Shown here: positions 56,944 to 64,000 of the stretch, piece after piece
Layout: the number at the start of each line of letters is the position of its first letter
Position numbering within the stretch: the first letter of the stretch is position 1
Assembly: GCA_951406725.2 (NCBI GenBank)
Contig: OX597814.1
Coordinates: forward strand, 149,792,001-149,856,000
From: Octopus vulgaris
Lineage: Eukaryota
Direction of reading: 5' to 3'
DNA length: 64,000 bases
Notes under the pieces: generated by a model
Database searches by the model: none
The model's input: the letters and a program-made list of their open reading frames with translations, nothing else
What the model was told of the DNA's origin: nothing
Translations under genes and position numbers: made by a program

Positions 56944-58112
56944 GGCTGATGACATTTATGTAGTAAAACACACAAAAAAATAAGCGAAAGATATTCGCGT
57001 GACTGAGTTGAAGGCAGATTTACTTCTACCTTTTAGAGCGCGTAAAGAAAAAGTTGTCGTAGGAATGTACGCAGCATGTGTACTACAGCAGTACTATACT
57101 CAGCTTAAATACTGAGATTGGAAGGTAGGGGTGAATTATGCCAACCTAATCTACAGAAAAATAATATATTTTGCATTTTATTCATAGTAACCAGAGTAAT
57201 CTTCATAATTTTAGCAAATTAGGTGCATATTTTGCCATAAAAAGAAAATGTTGTTATCGATCTATTTTATTTATGGTGAGCACTGCATACCTTTCCTACC
57301 ATACATATATTTAGGGAAATACAAAATTCACATAAAATATAGTATAATCTAACCGTGAATGCATGCTACGTTGGTATGGTAAGAGCATGGACGCCTTTAA
57401 TCACACGTTTTCAAATTAGGGATGACCACAGATTAATAACAACCAGATGCACAAATTGGTGTCAGCATTATTGCAAAATCTTGTTGAGTGTAATTAAAAG
57501 GTTTAAAACAAAACTTACAAAAACAAATCGTGCAAAAGAGAATAATTATAAAATTTTGTTTATGAATAAATATAAATTCTAATTTTAAAAATATTAATTG
57601 CAATCAACCACTTGGTTTCAACAAAAACGAAAATATTTTGAATATATCAAAAACATTTTCAGTGTGCAGTTTTAATCGCAGCTATATATGCATATAAAGC
57701 ATTGAACTGGCAGTATGTAGTATTCCTTCAGGCTCTTAGGTCCCTGCATTCTGAATACAAATATCGCGGTGATCATCATTATCTTGCATCCCCTCGGGAT
57801 CGATAAAGGACCAATCCAGTACTGAGACTGATTCTTCTTCTTCGTCTACTTATCCCTTTTCTCTTTCTCTTTATCTTGTCTTCTAAGTCTCTCTCTCTCT
57901 CTCTCTCTCTTTCTTTTTCTCTCTGTCTCTTTCTTTTTCTCTCTTTCTCTCGCTTTCTTTCTGTTTCTCTCTTCGTCTCTGGGAGAAAATGCTTTTGGTC
58001 AGACTTCGAGAGGAATGGAAAGACTTAAAATATCCAAAAGACGCCGAATTTCAAGACTGTTCTCCGTACGATTTAATCAAGATTTAAGAGACCGAATTAA
58101 GTCATGATTTAG

Positions 58113-58318
58113 TTTTAAGTTTTGGCACAAAGCCTGCAATCTGGGGTGGAAGGGAGGTAGGGATAAGTCATCGACCTCTAGTGCTCAGCTGGCACGTATT
58201 TTATCGGTCACGGAAGGACGAAATGCAAAGTCGAACTCGGCGCAATTTGAATTCATAACCTAAATTCCGCTAAGTATTTTGCCCGGCATGCTAACGATTC
58301 TACCAGCTTGCCACCTCG
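58113..58318 (-). mobile_element. SINE family A
   Basis: The reverse complement begins aggtggcaagctggtagaatcgttagcatgccgggcaaaat. Confidence 0.85.
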
Positions 58319-58669
58319 AAGGTAAGTCATACATCAATATATAAAATGTAACCCTCTAGAGCAGTATAGTATAAACATAAAAAAATATGCGTACGGTAAT
58401 AGAGGAAGCAATTAATAAAAAAGCCGTCAAAGCCGAACACGTTATAACTTTGCAGTGAATGTAAGCGGGACCAATTGATGAAATTTATGCTTTTCTGTTT
58501 CTATATAACGGTTAAGAATTAAGAATTAATCTGGCATGTTACGAGACAACGTAATTACTACTATATCATATATGCTTAGGGTTGGGCAGGCAGTTGGCAT
58601 CAGTAAAATATTATATGTGTGTGTGTATATGTGTGTAGACTTAATCCATTACTCGTTTTATGACTATTA

Positions 58670-58860
58670 TTTGAGTGGGTTTAGTAAAATCCACTCTGTT
58701 AATAAATATTCAGATGCTGTTTTCTAGTCTGAGCATAATCCATGAGCTATTGTTTCTTTTCCCTCTTTGAGTGGATTTAGTAAAATTCACTCTGTTATAA
58801 ACATTCAGGCGATGTTCTCTAGTCTGAGGATAATCCATGAGCTGTTGTTTCTTATCCCTT
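58670..58860. repeat. Diverged tandem duplication, ~96 bp x2
   Basis: tttgagtgg.tttagtaaaat.cactctgtta...ctagtctgag.ataatccatgagct.ttgtttctt.tccct starts at 58670 and again at 58766. Confidence 0.9.
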
Positions 58861-59559
58861 TTCTCCCACCCCTATAAGTCTCTGAAACCCTACATGAATT
58901 GTCATAAGTGCTGTTTTTCTCATCTGTCTGAGACATAGCAAATAAAGAGTGTAAGTGCAAGCGTGTAAGAGACAGAAAGCTGTATACAATATAGCTGCAA
59001 AATGCATATATAGATTTGACTCTGGACAAGATATTCATTGAGATGATTTTTTTTTTCCTGAAAGGGCTTTATTGACATTTCATGATATGCCTAGCACAAT
59101 TTGTTATTGAGAATGTGTCAGCGAAATTCCAATTGGAGGCGGAAGTTGCAACACAAAACAGCCACATCAATCAATCCATACTATTCCGTAAAAAGCTACA
59201 TATTACGGTGATGTTAACGATCATGAACACGACTATCATGACAATACCAACGGTGGTAGTATTGTTGTTGGTGGTGGTGGTGTTGGTGGTGGTGGTGGTG
59301 GTGGTGGTGGTGAATTGGTGGCGGCAGCAGCAGCAGAAGCAGTGATAACGCTGTTGACTACGAGGTTAGGGACAGTATTGGTGGTAGCGTTGTCGATGGT
59401 AATGTTGATAACGGAAATAATGGTGAGGATAAATATGGTGAAGGATACGATGATAGCAATGATAGTGAGGAAAATAGAGAAAGAAGGTTAGTAGTTATAA
59501 TGATTTACTGGAGAATTAAAACTTTGTGTATTTAATTATAATCTTTCAAGTAACTAAAT

Positions 59560-60035
59560 GTGTTCAATTCTCGCCAGAGTAAACGTCTTTCATCTTTCCG
59601 AGGATTGATACAAATAAAGGCCAACCAAAGACTGAATGCGCGTTTATTTAAACAACTATAGACTTTTTACCTTGAAATATGTGCATTGAGCCAACAGAGC
59701 GGAACCGTAATGGGGTAAGACAATCTGCCACAAGATTTTACGTTCTGAATTCATATTCTACCAAGGTCATCTTTGCTTTCCTTCTTCTGGAGTCGAATGA
59801 AGTACCAACAAGGGGCTGGAGTTGATTTAATCAACTAAAACATTTACTCAAAATTACTGGGTTTGTGGTTATATGAGATTATATGAATTAAAGTCCCACC
59901 GAGGTTTAAATTTGTCTTTCATCCTTTCGGGAGCAATTTAATAAAAATACCAGTTACTTACTGGGTTCAATGATATCAATGAAGCCCTCTTCTCAAAAAC
60001 TGCTGGCCTTTTGCTTAAATTAGGGACCATTATTA
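59560..60035 (+). mobile_element. Cluster of about 3 old SINE family A copies
   Basis: Repeated ttcaa(a/t)tc..cc.aggtc..ctttg.ctttcatc.ttt..gg..ata..aagtacc motifs. Confidence 0.65.
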
Positions 60036-60044
60036 TTGTCATTA

Positions 60045-61580
60045 TAATTTTCTGTTTATCACAGGTTTTGTTGGAGCTCATGAAGTCTTTCGTGCGTAGC
60101 GGGCTTATTACCTGCAGCCTAAAGTACTATGCTATTCGTTCTTTCCAGCTGTCTCATACTTTCTTGATTATTCTAGCTGTGCAGAACTGTTACAAACCTT
60201 TCGTAACATTCTGTTTTTAGACCCCACATTGGAGTTACCTCTATTTCCAGATCTTTGTTTTTTAAAAGTATTTACGTGTCTTTTACAGAAACATTGCCAT
60301 CTGTTGTTATTGATACATCGATTAGAAAGTATTTTCTCCTTGGTGATCTCTGACAATTATATCCGGTCTACTGGCCTTAATTTCTCTCTGTGTATTGGCA
60401 TAACCCAGGGTATGGTTGCTTTCTCATTTTCTGTGACCTTTTCTGGTGTGTGCCTACACCATCTTTTTTCTTTCCATTATATGTTTTTGGTGATTTCTGG
60501 TTGGAAGGCATTGATCATGTGCTGCAATTAAAAATTCTTCAGTCTCAGCTTTGAGTCTTGAGTTTCTCAGCCATTGCTGGGATTTTGCTCTGTCTATTTC
60601 TTTTCTGTTTAGCTTAGCCCAATATTTGCCAGGAAAGGGCTTTTCTTGCCATCGTTTTATCATAATCCGTTACTTATCCAGTTTAATTTGAATTTCAGTT
60701 GTTTTACAGCTTTTGTCGTTTCTTCTTTTTCTTCATAGTTGTTAGGTACTATGACTTCTTTTTTGTATTTGTTAGCTTCCTTAAAGACAGAAAGCAGATG
60801 TTTGTTTTGTTTGTGTTTTGTGGCTATTTGTATTAGTTTTCCTTGCTTCTGAAGTAGGTATTTCTGTAGTTCTATGGTGCTTATTTTGTAATAGTGTTCT
60901 AGTCGTATGAGACCTCTACCACCTTCGATACGTTGCATATATAACCTTTGTATGTTAGATTTTGGGTGGTGCATCCTAAATCCTGTCATTATTTTTCTTG
61001 TTTTCCTGTCTATTTTGATTAGTTCATTTAGAGTTCAGTTAAGACTATTTTAGCTGTAACTTATAACTGGGGCCAATAGCGTGTTGATACCTATTATCTT
61101 GTTTTCCACATTGAGCTCTGTTGTCAGTATTAATCTAAATCGCCTATAGTATTCTTTTTTCTTCTCTTTCATTTGTGTGAGTGTTGTATTGTATCTAGTT
61201 CATTGATTCCTAAGTATTTTTATGTCCGGTTTTGGTCTAATTCTCTTATTTCATTTGCTTTATCTAGTGTGATGATGCTACTCTTCACTGCTTTTCCTCT
61301 TTTCAAAGTTACTTTGGTACATTTTCGAAGCCAAATTTCGTGTATTTCTTTGATAAATCCATGTAGTCTGTAGTAATGTTTCCAGCTTTTTTTTTGCATT
61401 TGTAGCGTACAGTTTTAGATCATCCATATAAAAGAAATAGCTGACTGTTTTGCCGCAACAGTTGTATCTACACCCAGTTTTATTTAGCATCTTAAATAAA
61501 GGTGTCAGTGCCAAGCAGAAAAGGAGTGGAGAGAGCGTGTATCGCTGGAATATTCATCTTATAATGAGGATGGCTTTGTG
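60045..61580 (-). mobile_element. Decayed R4/Dong-clade non-LTR retrotransposon (RT 3' half, thumb, RLE, 3'UTR)
   Basis: IFQ..TLSPLLFCLAL, FYMDDLKLY, HHPKSNIQRLY..R.EGGRGL, SQQWL...LKAETE.FLIAA.DQ.L.TRN, HTPEKVTENEKATI.W, RPDIIV, FLIDVS, KDLEIEV..MWGLKT. Multiple frameshifts. Confidence 0.93.
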
Positions 61581-61996
61581 CGTTTTTTTTTTGTAACTAG
61601 TTTAAAGTATGTACTTTACGTTTGTTATCTTTGGGTTGAACAATACGGGTATTATTTAATTAATTTTCATGTTTTGTGTATTGTGGTGAGGGACAGAGTC
61701 GGTCTGATGTTGATTGGATCGTAATGTGGCGAGCGTGTTTATACGTGTTGTTCAAGTGATGGAGATGATACACAATTAAAATACATCATTTCATTTGGAA
61801 AACAGAAGTAAATTTTAATGAGTATTACTTGCTCTGGTATAGTCAAACACTTTATCAGTTATTTTAGGCTCCATTTGTTGTCTTTATTCTCTATGTTTTT
61901 GGATAGATTTCGGAACAATGTTTTATCACTCTGAAGAGAGCAGTACATGCCACCAAAGTGATCCTGGCGCACAATTATTATTATTTTTTTCTTCTT

Positions 61997-62078
<82 letters not shown>

Positions 62079-62079
<1 letters not shown>

Positions 62080-62218
62080 TCACTTCACTACCGAGCACAG
62101 CTCTGTGTGCCTTGGGTATGTGCTGTGATTTGTTGTGATGCTCTGATGGTTATTGTATGGAAAGTGTTCTGCGTAGGATGTGTGCAGTGCCCAGTAGTGC
62201 AATTTTCTGTATGTTATA

Positions 62219-62222
<4 letters not shown>
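62079..62222 (-). mobile_element. Extremely 5'-truncated Dong/R4 element inserted in (TAA)n
   Basis: TYNIQKIALLGTAHILRRTLSIQ* plus a short 3'UTR, with (TAA)n on both sides. Confidence 0.85.
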
Positions 62223-62287
<65 letters not shown>

Positions 62288-62329
62288 TACTACTACTACT
62301 ACTACTACTACTACAACTACTACTACTAT

Positions 62330-62394
<65 letters not shown>

Positions 62395-62399
62395 TGTTG

Positions 62400-62678
62400 T
62401 CTTGTGGTTGTGCGCCAAAATATTTCTCAGATTTCAAGAATCTTTCTTAGAATTTGTGCTGAATACAGTATTGTATTTTTCAGCAGGTTAACAAAGTAAG
62501 TCTCAGTTCCAATATTTTTTCAGCCTGTTAGGGACTAGTTTGGGTACCCTGCCAAGTGCATAAATTACCACAAGTATAACGGTCGTCTTAGTCTTGCGCA
62601 GTCTCTTCAACACTTTGGCTAGGTATTGATATTTCTCAAGATTTTCGAGTACTTTTCCATCCACTTTGCTATCGTCAT
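62400..62678 (-). mobile_element. Old R4-clade 3' fragment
   Basis: DSKVDGKVLENLEKYQYLAKVLKRLRKTKTTVILVVIYALGRVPK...LLKNTILYSAQILRKILEI*. Confidence 0.75.
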
Positions 62679-63537
62679 CGCCATTATGATCGTCACCACC
62701 ACCATCATCATCATCATCATTATCATCATCATCATCATCATTATCATCTCAATTTTAAGGCTGCATTTTGCCGATGGGATAGAAATCACCAACATTAGGT
62801 AAACTATCCTAGAATGTTGAGTTAACTTTCATTCGTTCACCACTGAGAAAATATAGATGAACACTACATATGTAGATAGAAGATATCCATAAAGCTAAAT
62901 GATGGATATGAATGCTCATAGACAAGAACTTGACACTGTTGTAAATTCTTTTTCTAATTAATCAATAAATCATTCCAACAATTCTGACTACGATCAAAAG
63001 ATCTGATGAAAAAGTAGTTTGGAATTCTCTTTCCATCCGAGTTTTTTTTTTTTTTTTGTAGGCATCAACTTACAATTAAATTTCAGTTGTATCAATATCA
63101 CTAGTTTCACTTGTATGTATAGGTCATACATACAGCACACACATCACCTTCCTTTGTACTAAATCCATATACTGAAATATGTATTCCTTGCCAACAAGGA
63201 GGCACTTAGCATTCTCCAATTCCAAATTATTTTCTACGAGTTATAACAGAAAAGGGGCGTGGAGAGGATGACAAAGGAATAATAGAAAAAAAAATCAGGA
63301 AAAACACAAGCAGATATGTTCAAACCCTGAAAAGTTATCGATCAAATATCATCACAATTTCGACACCTTCAAATAACAGTGTTCAATTTAGCGATGAGAG
63401 CAATATAAGCAACTTGGATATAAATGCGTAAACATGATAGGCGGAAGTGAACAGAAAAAGAAAAAGACATATTCAATAATAATACACAAATGAGGCCACG
63501 AGACCGAGCGTTAAATATAGATGAGTCATTAGGAGAA

Positions 63538-63642
<105 letters not shown>

Positions 63643-63650
63643 TGTATGTG

Positions 63651-63702
<52 letters not shown>

Positions 63703-63975
63703 CAGTGTACATTTAAACAGATACGAGATGGCCATAACAGGACATCTGGCCCGCTAGAGGGAAAAGTTAAACTCCGAACCACTATTAGGGGTAATGTCGA
63801 AAGGGAATGATAAATAAGAACATTTACCCTCTATTTCCTGTACCATGGTTTCAAGCAATCTTCAGTAAATAAATATGTATGCATATATATGCATGTATAT
63901 GTATACGTATATATATATTTATATACATATACATACACATACATGAAAATTATGATTAACACAAGTTTATATTAA

Positions 63976-64000
63976 AGTTCCTACGCGCGTTTCAACATTA
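63976..64000 (-). ncRNA. Partial hammerhead motif cut by the window edge
   Basis: Minus strand GAAA-CGCGCG-UA-ggaac, the same stem III as at 51861-51877. The CUGANGA half would lie beyond 64000. Confidence 0.4.

Overview
Very AT-rich, gene-poor eukaryotic DNA dominated by microsatellites and decayed transposable elements. The SINE families and repeat style look like an octopus (coleoid cephalopod) genome; this is an inference from recognising the repeats. No intact host gene can be supported, and almost all ORFs in the track are translations of (TA)n, (TG)n, (TATG)n or (AAT)n tracts. Recognisable content: several R4/Dong-clade non-LTR retrotransposon fragments (some sitting in (TAA)n or (TACA)n), a 5'-truncated CR1-clade LINE nested in a probable Helitron, three or more mariner remnants, many tRNA-derived SINEs, and many Penelope-type fragments. 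The most striking signal is about 13 minimal type-I hammerhead-ribozyme motifs from several unrelated repeat families. Many lie in fold-back (inverted) arrangements, and some carry core variants shared between copies (CUGUNGA, CCGAUGA, UUGAUAA). One 0.7-kb insertion with a 13-bp target-site duplication joins a tRNA-like Pol III head, an (AAT)n spacer and a hammerhead tail: a candidate ribozyme-bearing SINE mobilised by Penelope. Boundaries of old repeats are approximate because everything was read by eye.
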